From Patescibacteria group bacterium UBA924 (GTDB lineage Bacteria > Patescibacteriota > Microgenomatia > UBA1400 > PJMF01): a stretch of DNA of 64,000 bases. The stretch lies in contig DBDU01000026.1 in NCBI GenBank assembly GCA_002293725.1, positions 6,313-70,312 on the forward strand. The letters are read 5' to 3'. The notes beneath the pieces were generated by a model. That model was not told the DNA's origin and did no database searches. It was given only the letters and a program-made list of their open reading frames with translations. The translations under genes were made by a program, and so were the position numbers. Positions 38,405-46,644 of this stretch are shown piece by piece. Position 1 is the stretch's first letter, and every line of letters starts with the position of its first letter.

Positions 38405-38802
38405 TGATGCTTCCTTCTTTCCTTCAAGTTACACTCGATCTTCGTGGTGAAGCAGTTGAACAACAGCTTCCTTTTGTTAGCGCGGGTGAAGGTGGTTTTG
38501 AGCGATTTTTAAGTAGCATTTTGACCGCACTGATGGCTCTCGCTGCACTTGCAGTACTCATCTTCCTGCTCTGGGGTGCGTTCGACTGGATTAACTCTGG
38601 TGGTGAAAAAGGCAAGGTTGAATCTGCACGTAACAAGATGACCGGAGCCGTTATGGGTTTGGTTATGCTCGCTGTGGTTTTAGCCATTTTCATGTTTATT
38701 CAACAGATTTTGGGTATTCGCATTTTGAACTTCGTTGGTCAGCCAAGTTCTACTCCTGCACCTCGAGTAGTACCAGGAAGATTCCAGCCTACTCAGTTTT
38801 AA
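38401..38802 (+). CDS. VirB2/TrbC-like pilin
   Basis: GAFDWINSGGEKGKVESARNKMTGAVMGLVML. Confidence 0.82.
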   Translation: MMMLPSFLQVTLDLRGEAVEQQLPFVSAGEGGFERFLSSILTALMALAALAVLIFLLWGAFDWINSGGEKGKVESARNKMTGAVMGLVMLAVVLAIFMFIQQILGIRILNFVGQPSSTPAPRVVPGRFQPTQF

Positions 38803-38857
38803 GCTGGAGATAGCGGAATAAACCGTGAGTGTGCTAAAGTAAAAAAGAGAAGAATCC

Positions 38858-38886
38858 TTGACGGGATCTCGAAGAAAACATATAAT
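38858..38886 (+). promoter_or_regulatory. Near-consensus sigma-70 promoter for the pilin gene at 38932
   Basis: TTGACG (38858-63), 17-nt spacer, TATAAT (38881-86); AAGGAG SD before the ATG. Confidence 0.8.
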
Positions 38887-38931
38887 TTAAACAGTATCTC
38901 AACGATACTAAACAGTAACAAAAGGAGTCAC

Positions 38932-39333
38932 ATGAAAAAACACCTGAAAGCACTCGCCGCTACAGGAAGCGCTGTGGGTATGTATCTTTCTACCGCAGTT
39001 GTCTCAACTGTAAAGGCTCAATACGATGTAGCCGTTCCAACTGGTTATGCTACCAATATTGGTAACTTAATTAGTTTCGTGCTTCGTGTAGTTTTAGCAG
39101 TTGGTGCTTTACTCGTCTTCGGTTTCTTAGTGCTGGGTGGTATCGAGTACATTACCTCAGGCGGTGAAAAAGGTAAAACTGAAGCTGCACGTAACAAAAT
39201 TACGGCTGCTATCGTTGGTTTAATTATCTTAGCCGCATCTTGGGCTATCCTAAACTTGGCCTTAGGATTCTTAGGCTTGAGTGGTTTAGAAGGTGCTTTA
39301 CAAGAAGTGGGTGATATTAACGAAACCCGCTAA
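38932..39333 (+). CDS. VirB2/TrbC-like pilin, probable major subunit
   Basis: Signal peptide VKA|Q; GGIEYITSGGEKGKTEAARNKITAAIVGLIILAASW; has its own promoter, SD and terminator. Confidence 0.85.
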   Translation: MKKHLKALAATGSAVGMYLSTAVVSTVKAQYDVAVPTGYATNIGNLISFVLRVVLAVGALLVFGFLVLGGIEYITSGGEKGKTEAARNKITAAIVGLIILAASWAILNLALGFLGLSGLEGALQEVGDINETR

Positions 39334-39357
39334 AGCATTTTTAGTAAATGAAAACAG

Positions 39358-39382
39358 AACCCCCGCTAATGCGGGGGTTTTT
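39358..39382 (+). terminator. Rho-independent terminator after probable major pilin
   Basis: aacccccgc-taat-gcgggggtt plus TTT. Confidence 0.88.
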
Positions 39383-39399
39383 GATATAATTTGACTGTC

Positions 39400-39831
39400 A
39401 TGAAATCTCGACCCCTCTCAATACTCACTTTCCTGCTCTCTTTCACAACCGCTGCACTCATCTTTGCCCAACCCGTTGCTGCGCAAACTAGCCCTTGGGG
39501 TGGAGTGTGTACAGATGATCGCACTGCTACAGGTGTAGCTACGATCCAAGGTTTTCAATGTTTGATTGGTAATGTTCTACAAGTTGGGGTAGCTGGAGTT
39601 GGCTTGGCAGGTTTTGTGATGATGATTATTGGAGCCTTTAAGTACTTGCTCTCTGGTGGCAATGCTAAAGGGATCGATGAGGGTCAAAAAACAATGACTT
39701 ATGCTATTGGCGGACTTATTCTGGCGCTCAGTGCCTTCTTTATTTTGAACATCATTTCTGACTTCACCGGCGTGCAAAGTATTATGAACTTTAGAATTCC
39801 GGCACCCGGAATTAATGCCGATATTCCTTAG
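39400..39831 (+). CDS. VirB2/TrbC-like pilin with signal peptide
   Basis: Signal peptide VAA|Q, Cys pair; GAFKYLLSGGNAKGIDEGQKTMTYAIGGLIL. Confidence 0.82.
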   Translation: MKSRPLSILTFLLSFTTAALIFAQPVAAQTSPWGGVCTDDRTATGVATIQGFQCLIGNVLQVGVAGVGLAGFVMMIIGAFKYLLSGGNAKGIDEGQKTMTYAIGGLILALSAFFILNIISDFTGVQSIMNFRIPAPGINADIP

Positions 39832-39876
39832 CCAGCTGAGCAGTGATTTCGGCAGAGTTGCGTTATAATTTCAACC

Positions 39877-42800
39877 ATGGCCTCAACCCGGAAAAGATCT
39901 CTAGTTCCGATTCTCTTGTTCTGTGTCTTACTGACCTTAGTGGTGGCGAAGGTGATCAACTTTTTATTACCAAAGCCTTTAGCCATCCAGCCTCCGACCA
40001 TTCCAATTGCCGCTCCTATCGCTGCCAATAGAAACGTCGATCCAAATAGTATCCGTGTTGTCGCGCAACTTGCTCAAGGCACGATTCCTCAGCAACCAAC
40101 CTCTACTCCTGTTTATGCCAGTTGTGCGGAGATTCCAGAACCTCCATCTGAAGAGGGCATCTTCCCCAACTGTAGTGTTTCTAATATCGCCGACTTTGTT
40201 GCTCCAGATTGTGGTGGCGTAGGTTCAAGTTGTGGAGTTGTTAATGGTAGCTCCATAACCTTAAGCGACTCGTATATCGGAAATGTGACCAATGAAGTTG
40301 AAGTTATCAAAAAAGACTCGACAGGCACATACATTAAGCAAAAATCAAATGATATTCACTTCATCTACCGCCGAAATCCTGATGGCAGCGTGAGTTTAGT
40401 ACAAGATACTATCTGGGGCGGTGGTCCGGCAGGTGGTTTCTTCACTTGTGACGGAACAACTCAAGAAGCGTTCTATCGTGTATACGACGCAAATGGCAAT
40501 CTAGGTAACAGTCAGTACGCCAGCTCTGCAACTTGTGGCGGCCCAGAACACCAGAACGTCAGTGTTTTAGGCACCTTCAAAAAAGTTAGTGATAGTGGCA
40601 TCAATATCAACGACCCTGGCACAGACCCACTCATTTCTGATGGCTCTTTAACTTCTTGTAACGTTAGCGGCCAAACTGGCATTCCAGTTGGAAATAAAAA
40701 TCGCCTAATTTATCACGGAAATGCTGTCTGTAACGGGGTTCCTTTTGAGATGATTGCGATGCAGAATACCGAGGGCGCAGGTGCTGGTGAAGTTAACATG
40801 TACTGCAAAGGAAAAGGTATCTGTGCGTTTTACCAGTTACTGGACCTGACAGTCGAAGAAAACAAACCCATTAACTGGGATGGCAAAGATCTTTGTAACT
40901 TACAAGCTGGTGGCAGCCGTGAAAATCTGACGACCTACTTTGAGTACAACCTTCAACGTCAGTGTAAAGAAACTCCCACCAAGGTTTTAAACAACTTTCT
41001 GGATGAGTACTCCGTGAGCTGTGTGCCTGAGGCTGACTATATCTTGAGTTTCCTCGACCGAGAGCTGTGCGCTCTCACAGATAAAGGCTGCTACAACTGG
41101 AACACTACTGGTGACTTGCGCTTTGCTGCTAGCGGTTCACTCTTTGGTCTCTTCCGAAATCAAAATGCAGTTGAAGCTCGATATAACACCATGAACGGAC
41201 TAAAAGATAAAGATCGTCAGGAATCCATTGAGGCATACCTAACCGCCAAAGTTGATGAGCTGCCGTTGTCTGCACAAAGTTCTAATATCCAGTTCAATGG
41301 TCTGAACCCAGCCAACGCCGAAAACTTAACAATGTATCAATCTCCGCTGTATAAGCTCAGTACTCTCGAGCAGCAGTGTCAACTTGTGTATGACAAGCTA
41401 ACTGCCGTGGAAGAGCTCTGTTTGCCTTTTAATCGAATTGAGGGCACCGAGAACGAGCCTTGTGCAATCAACCAATTTTTGCCCAATACCAGCTTGCGAT
41501 ATACCGACATGTTAACCAAGATGCGTGCGCCGAATGGTGAGTCGAAGTGTGAGTCACTCATGAACCCAAGTGCTAATAATACTGAGGCGACTGCACTGCG
41601 TGATCAAATTTTAAGTATTGATCCCGCTATGGAAGTTGCTTACCGGCCAGCATTTATCGTCGTAGCTAGTTTTGTAGGTAAAGATCCTGGTGAAATCTTA
41701 AATCCAGAGTTCTTGTCTCAGGGAAACGACAAATCAAAGTTCTGGCAAGTTGACTATATGGAAGTCAAAGTTCCCACTTTTGGTTCTGACTTCATGCATA
41801 AAGACAATATGGCAAATGCCAGTAATCCGACTCGTCCCGGTTCATCTTACCGAGATCCACTCCGTTTCTTGGCCGACGTCCTGACCACACCGGAAATTCA
41901 AGAAATGTACCGCCAAGAAGAAGAAAATGATCGCAATGCTATTCGTAGCAAAGTAATTGTTCCTCCTGATCGTGGCGCGGTGCAGCCTGGTGACATCATT
42001 GGTATGGGTGGGTACCCAATTAAGTGTCGTTTCCAAAAAGGTACCTATACTGAAGACGCATGTGATTACATGGCTCGAGCACTGATCGCATTTATCAATG
42101 CAAGTAATGTTGTACCTGTAACACCAGGTGAAGGCGAAGGTGGTGCTAGCGTCACTCGTCAATTTAGTCCTGCCCGTTCCTGGCTCCCTGCCTCCAAATG
42201 TGATACCAGTGGTTCTCAGGGAGCGTTGTACGAAAAAAATCTCTATGGGAATTCAGTCCTCACTGAAGATCCCGTTGATCCGAAGTATCGTGTCGCAGAA
42301 GAAGCTCAAACAATAGGCTCAAAGCTCGAAGCAGTTAACCAAGGTTTTTACGAAAAGAAACTCGAGGGCTTTGCCGAGGTAGAAGCTAACGTCACTGACA
42401 TGAATCCCCCCCCGGGAGCTCAAGGCCTAAAAGGTGGTGATTTCGGGCATACACAAGTCTTCTTCGTGTCTCCACATAACTACACTCTTTTATATGCCCA
42501 AAACGCAATGTTGTCGTTGTTAACCGAAGAACAACAAGAGATCTTCCTGAAGAACGAGAACTTCAACTCAGTTATGAAAACCACCGGATTAGACAACTTC
42601 TCTAGCTCGATTGCGATTAGTTACTATGATGATGCCACACCAGGAACCACTCCGCCGCCAGTCATTCCTGGCGAAACTGCGCCTCCATTAAACCGCAAAC
42701 CAGTCACTGCAGAGCTACAACGTAAGAAAGATGATGAACCACCGAATCAGGGTAAGACTCTGGATAGCCCATTGATGTGGCAAGTTGCTGGAAGCATTGC

Positions 42801-43593
42801 GAACATTCCAACTCGTCTTTACACTTTGGTTTCCACTACCTTGGATAACCCAACTCGCCTCTTTACTTTAGGCTGTACAGGGTCATATGCAACTGAGCAG
42901 TGGCTACTCGGTCGTTGTACTCCAGTCAAACCAGAAGACGCTGCAACTAACCCAGGAAATGTACCTCCCTCTAATAACGCCAGCAATCAATGTGTGGCAG
43001 TTTATATGGATGCGGCTGAGGCACAGACAGCAGCGGCTGAGATCCGCGCCAATTTACCAGGTCAACAACTGCAAAGTCCAAGCTTTGCGGGATGGGCAAG
43101 ATACTACAGTGTGGGTGATCGACCTGAGATTCAACATCTCTTCCAAAACCACTGTAATAATGGTCAGCCTTGTATCGACTACATCTTGGATCAAGTGCTC
43201 AACACCTCAATCAATGGTAAGACACTTAATCCATATCTCGTAATGTCAATTGCGATGAATGAGACAGGTGGCTTAATCAGCTCTAAGCCTGGCTATGTTG
43301 GTCCTCACTTTGGTTGTGGTATAGGTGGAAGTGGCCAGGGCGGTCAGATCATTTCCGACGGCAGCATCGAAAGTAAGCTGCAATGTTTGACGGGCTTTTT
43401 CCAAAATTATGCCGCACGTACTAGACCAGAAGAGCAATCCGATGACGCAGCACTTACTCTGTATGGCTACCGCAATGGTTCCCGCAACAACAACTTGGTT
43501 AAAATTATGGGTATCTTGAGCAATGGTAAGTATCCGTTGGAAAGTTGTAATGGCTCTGGAACAACACCTGCTCCAAGCCCCACCCAAAATTAA
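39877..43593 (+). CDS. Giant Cys-rich exported protein (1238 aa) with possible C-terminal lysozyme-fold domain
   Basis: RKR plus TM at the N-terminus, many Cys; C-terminal LNPYLVMSIAMNETGG...HFGCG resembles the lytic transglycosylase/glucosaminidase catalytic-Glu helix. Confidence 0.65.
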   Translation: MASTRKRSLVPILLFCVLLTLVVAKVINFLLPKPLAIQPPTIPIAAPIAANRNVDPNSIRVVAQLAQGTIPQQPTSTPVYASCAEIPEPPSEEGIFPNCSVSNIADFVAPDCGGVGSSCGVVNGSSITLSDSYIGNVTNEVEVIKKDSTGTYIKQKSNDIHFIYRRNPDGSVSLVQDTIWGGGPAGGFFTCDGTTQEAFYRVYDANGNLGNSQYASSATCGGPEHQNVSVLGTFKKVSDSGININDPGTDPLISDGSLTSCNVSGQTGIPVGNKNRLIYHGNAVCNGVPFEMIAMQNTEGAGAGEVNMYCKGKGICAFYQLLDLTVEENKPINWDGKDLCNLQAGGSRENLTTYFEYNLQRQCKETPTKVLNNFLDEYSVSCVPEADYILSFLDRELCALTDKGCYNWNTTGDLRFAASGSLFGLFRNQNAVEARYNTMNGLKDKDRQESIEAYLTAKVDELPLSAQSSNIQFNGLNPANAENLTMYQSPLYKLSTLEQQCQLVYDKLTAVEELCLPFNRIEGTENEPCAINQFLPNTSLRYTDMLTKMRAPNGESKCESLMNPSANNTEATALRDQILSIDPAMEVAYRPAFIVVASFVGKDPGEILNPEFLSQGNDKSKFWQVDYMEVKVPTFGSDFMHKDNMANASNPTRPGSSYRDPLRFLADVLTTPEIQEMYRQEEENDRNAIRSKVIVPPDRGAVQPGDIIGMGGYPIKCRFQKGTYTEDACDYMARALIAFINASNVVPVTPGEGEGGASVTRQFSPARSWLPASKCDTSGSQGALYEKNLYGNSVLTEDPVDPKYRVAEEAQTIGSKLEAVNQGFYEKKLEGFAEVEANVTDMNPPPGAQGLKGGDFGHTQVFFVSPHNYTLLYAQNAMLSLLTEEQQEIFLKNENFNSVMKTTGLDNFSSSIAISYYDDATPGTTPPPVIPGETAPPLNRKPVTAELQRKKDDEPPNQGKTLDSPLMWQVAGSIANIPTRLYTLVSTTLDNPTRLFTLGCTGSYATEQWLLGRCTPVKPEDAATNPGNVPPSNNASNQCVAVYMDAAEAQTAAAEIRANLPGQQLQSPSFAGWARYYSVGDRPEIQHLFQNHCNNGQPCIDYILDQVLNTSINGKTLNPYLVMSIAMNETGGLISSKPGYVGPHFGCGIGGSGQGGQIISDGSIESKLQCLTGFFQNYAARTRPEEQSDDAALTLYGYRNGSRNNNLVKIMGILSNGKYPLESCNGSGTTPAPSPTQN

Positions 43594-43601
43594 TTTTTTA
43601 C

Positions 43602-44492
43602 TTACACTAGGCGAACACCTGGATTACGCGGAACTTGGTCAGGTTTGTGTTTCACTTTAGTTTTTTCAGTGATTGGTGCTTCTTTAGGCGTTACTGGAAT
43701 GAACTTCTTGGTCATCCCATCTTGGGAAGAAGCTTGCCTAGGCGCATGTTCTTCTTGAATACGAACGCGGCGCGCACCCATCACTAATAACTTCCCGGCG
43801 ATCTCAAAGGTTTGGGCCGTCACAGCGAGTGACTTAAATGTTTGCGTCGCTGACTCAATCGCCGCCAGTAACGTTGTAGAGACCTCTTCGCCAAGCTCTA
43901 CTCCCAGTTCTTGTAACAGATAGGCCACAACCTCCGCATAGGATGCGGCTCCCGAAGTATTGACTTTGACCGTGCCAAAAGGTGTATCGAAGGTGTGAAC
44001 ACTAACAATGCTGGTCTGTTCAAACAACTGTTCGTAACCGATGTACAGTTGGTCTAGATCCTCCAAGCGATCAACGCCAAAGGTAAAGATCAGATCAGCG
44101 TCTGCTCCGCTTAAGGTATAGGTCACTAAAGAGGAATCGAGTGGCTTAGCACCTCGACGAGGCTGAACCACTAAGTGAAAAGTTTTTGTTTCCTCATCAA
44201 TGTGATAACTGACTTTGTCCACTTGCTCTTCGCTATAAGGAAAAGACACATCAAGGTTTTTATTTCCAAGTTCTTTACTGACTTCACCTACTCCTGAAAA
44301 CTGCTGCAGTCTCTCTGCAACTGGACCTGGACTGGAAACCGTAACATTCTTTCCTAATGCTTGTAAGCCTTTGCCAAAACTGACCGCACTCAAAATAGTA
44401 TCGGCACTGGCCTTTGCAGGAAAAAAGATACAAACTGTCTGAGCGCTCGACAGTAAGGTAGAAATGGTAGACAGAGATTCCGCTGTCATCAT
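43602..44492 (-). CDS. Degenerate DHH-family phosphoesterase homolog
   Basis: DTILSAVS..GLQALGKNV, ADLIFTFGV, ASYAEVV..L, LLAAIESATQTF, TFEIAGKLL.MGAR; the DHH motif reads SVH. Confidence 0.65.
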   Translation of the reverse strand: MMTAESLSTISTLLSSAQTVCIFFPAKASADTILSAVSFGKGLQALGKNVTVSSPGPVAERLQQFSGVGEVSKELGNKNLDVSFPYSEEQVDKVSYHIDEETKTFHLVVQPRRGAKPLDSSLVTYTLSGADADLIFTFGVDRLEDLDQLYIGYEQLFEQTSIVSVHTFDTPFGTVKVNTSGAASYAEVVAYLLQELGVELGEEVSTTLLAAIESATQTFKSLAVTAQTFEIAGKLLVMGARRVRIQEEHAPRQASSQDGMTKKFIPVTPKEAPITEKTKVKHKPDQVPRNPGVRLV

Positions 44493-44655
44493 ATGTCCGC
44501 TTCTTTCTCTTAGTGATAACAGACGGGCAGGTATTTGATCAGGTATAACAGAGAATGAACGGGTCACGCAAGTGGCGTTTAATATGTAGCTACAGCCTTT
44601 TTTTCTCAAGAACTTCTATTTGCGGGATCTCTTGAGGTGGGATACAATAGCGGTT

Positions 44656-46341
44656 ATGAAGAAACTGGCTGCTTTTTTCTTGGCATTTTTCCTCTTTGCA
44701 GTCTCTGTCCAACCAGCTTTAGCTCAAGACCGCGGTCTTACTGCTACTCAGCAACAAACCCAAGTTAATGAAAACTACAAAAGCGGAAATACGAGTATCG
44801 GTGGTGTCACCAACGAAATCGTCAAAGTTGCAGCCACAGTTCTCGGTCCTTGTCAGTTAACTGATGACGATTGTGGAGACTCATCTGGTGGACCATCCGC
44901 AAGCCGATCAATTATCAACGCTTTTACATATCTCTATACTCCTCCAGCAGATACTCAAACCTACATTGCTGATGTAATGAACTCTGCAGGTTTGAACATT
45001 GCTCAGCCAGCATATGCTCAAGGGCTAGGCTTCTCTTCTTTGGACCCAGTTCTTGATACCTGGAAAGCTTTTCGTAACGTCGCCTACTTGTTCTACGTAA
45101 TCATGTTCTTAGTCATCGGTTTCATGATTATGTTCCGACAGAAGATTAGCAGCCAGGCTGTGGTAAGCGCCCAACAAGCTTTACCAAAAATTATTGTTTC
45201 ACTGATTGCGGTCACTTTTTCCTACGCGATTGCTGGATTATTGATCGATGCCATGTACATCGTTATGTACTTAATCGTCGGTCTCTTCCCTGCTGCAACC
45301 TTTGGTAACCCTGGAAGTGAACAAAGTTTGAAAGACATTGCGATGGACCGCAACATCTTCCAGATTGGAACATACTTGTTGACCAGTGCCGGAACCCTTC
45401 AAAACGCCCAAGAATCGGTCCGTGCCATGATCCGTTCAGCCTTTGACACCCAACTTTCAGGCGTGGGTGATGCTTTAGGTTTAATTGGTGGACTTACCTT
45501 TGCGGTTGTCTTTGCCTTAGCCACCTTGTTTGGTATCTTCCGTTTGTTCTTTGAACTCTTGAAGACCTATATCAGTATTATTATTAGCATCGTCCTTTCT
45601 CCACTGGCATTAATGCTGGGAGCACTTCCTGGGAACAACGCTTTCCAGGCCTGGATTAAAACCTTGGTGGCTAACTTAGCAGTCTTCCCAGGAATCTTAT
45701 TAATCTTGGTCTTAGCCTTCATGTTAATTGGTGGCCAGTACGGTGGGAGACCAACTGCTCAACAGGTTGTTCCTCAAGTACAAGCGCAAGATACGTTCTT
45801 CCAAGGCTCATACAATGGTGGCTTCTTACCGCCATATATTCCTGGTGCAGGTAGTGGTAACGCTATCTCAATTATGTTGGGTCTAGGTGTAATCTTAATC
45901 ATGCCAGATCTGGCTGCTTCAATTAAGAAAACACTCGGTGGTTCCGGTGGAATCTTTGAACAGTTTGCCAATAACTTCACTACCAACTTAGAAAAAGGTT
46001 GGAAAGGTGGCGAGTTAGTTCCCGGACTGGGCTTTACCAATACCAACAACTATGGCGTATCTGGCCGTAACATCGCCTCTAAGCTATGGCGTGGCACTAA
46101 AGAAAGCCGTGAACGAGCTGAGAAGGGTCAACCAAATGTTATTGGGCGTGGCATAGTGGGTGAAAGTGCCGAGCTATATAAACGTGTTCGTCGTCAGCAG
46201 ATGGAAGAATATATGCGTAACAAAGTTCCTCGCGTGAAGCTAGGTAAGACCGAAAGCGAAGCCAAAGACCGACAGGTTCGTATGGGTGGACCTCCAAAGA
46301 CTCAAGTACCTCCATCTTCAGGGAGAATTGATGGGGAATAA
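44656..46341 (+). CDS. Polytopic membrane protein, VirB6/TrbL-like
   Basis: Signal peptide, WKAFRNVAY..IGFMIMFR, 6-7 TMs including ISIVLSPLAL..GALPG..AFQAWIKTLVANL, charged C-terminal tail. TACAAT 7 nt before ATG 44656. Confidence 0.7.
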   Translation: MKKLAAFFLAFFLFAVSVQPALAQDRGLTATQQQTQVNENYKSGNTSIGGVTNEIVKVAATVLGPCQLTDDDCGDSSGGPSASRSIINAFTYLYTPPADTQTYIADVMNSAGLNIAQPAYAQGLGFSSLDPVLDTWKAFRNVAYLFYVIMFLVIGFMIMFRQKISSQAVVSAQQALPKIIVSLIAVTFSYAIAGLLIDAMYIVMYLIVGLFPAATFGNPGSEQSLKDIAMDRNIFQIGTYLLTSAGTLQNAQESVRAMIRSAFDTQLSGVGDALGLIGGLTFAVVFALATLFGIFRLFFELLKTYISIIISIVLSPLALMLGALPGNNAFQAWIKTLVANLAVFPGILLILVLAFMLIGGQYGGRPTAQQVVPQVQAQDTFFQGSYNGGFLPPYIPGAGSGNAISIMLGLGVILIMPDLAASIKKTLGGSGGIFEQFANNFTTNLEKGWKGGELVPGLGFTNTNNYGVSGRNIASKLWRGTKESRERAEKGQPNVIGRGIVGESAELYKRVRRQQMEEYMRNKVPRVKLGKTESEAKDRQVRMGGPPKTQVPPSSGRIDGE

Positions 46342-46343
46342 CA

Positions 46344-46559
46344 ATGAATAAGACTTCTATTCTTGACTGGCTAAAGCATGTTAAAGATACCTATCGTAAA
46401 AACGATCAAGAGAACGAGCCTACCAATGCTAGTTCTTCACCACTAGTGATTGATCTTAAGTATCGAAACCCCTTTACGGCTGAAGACTATGGTCTCAGCA
46501 CTCAACGAGGTCGAATCGCTGTCTATCGTCAGGGCGGCGGAACAATTACAGGTGAATAA
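46344..46559 (+). CDS. Small hypothetical protein (71 aa)
   Basis: Starts 2 nt after the previous stop, preceded by GGGGA. Confidence 0.45.
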   Translation: MNKTSILDWLKHVKDTYRKNDQENEPTNASSSPLVIDLKYRNPFTAEDYGLSTQRGRIAVYRQGGGTITGE

Positions 46560-46591
46560 ACTCATTTTTCAGAGTTAAAAATATTTAAAGA

Positions 46592-46618
46592 CTCAAAAAA
46601 GCAAGTGTTTTTTTTGAG
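46592..46618. terminator. Possible bidirectional terminator between convergent genes
   Basis: ctcaaaaaagca-ag-tg(t)8gag imperfect AT-rich inverted repeat. Confidence 0.45.
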
Positions 46619-46644
46619 ATTGCGGGCTGATCGCCCAAGAACTA

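Noticed and set aside
36736-39831. Type IV (PilA) pilins, or a DGR/recombination-driven cassette
   Set aside because: No class III signal (G|FxxxE); no reverse transcriptase or recombinase; paralogs share only short DNA identity.
44493-44655. Longer ORF-track starts at 44609 (-) and 44620 (+)
   Set aside because: The extensions cover the divergent promoter region; ATG 44656 has a -10 box and begins a clean signal peptide.
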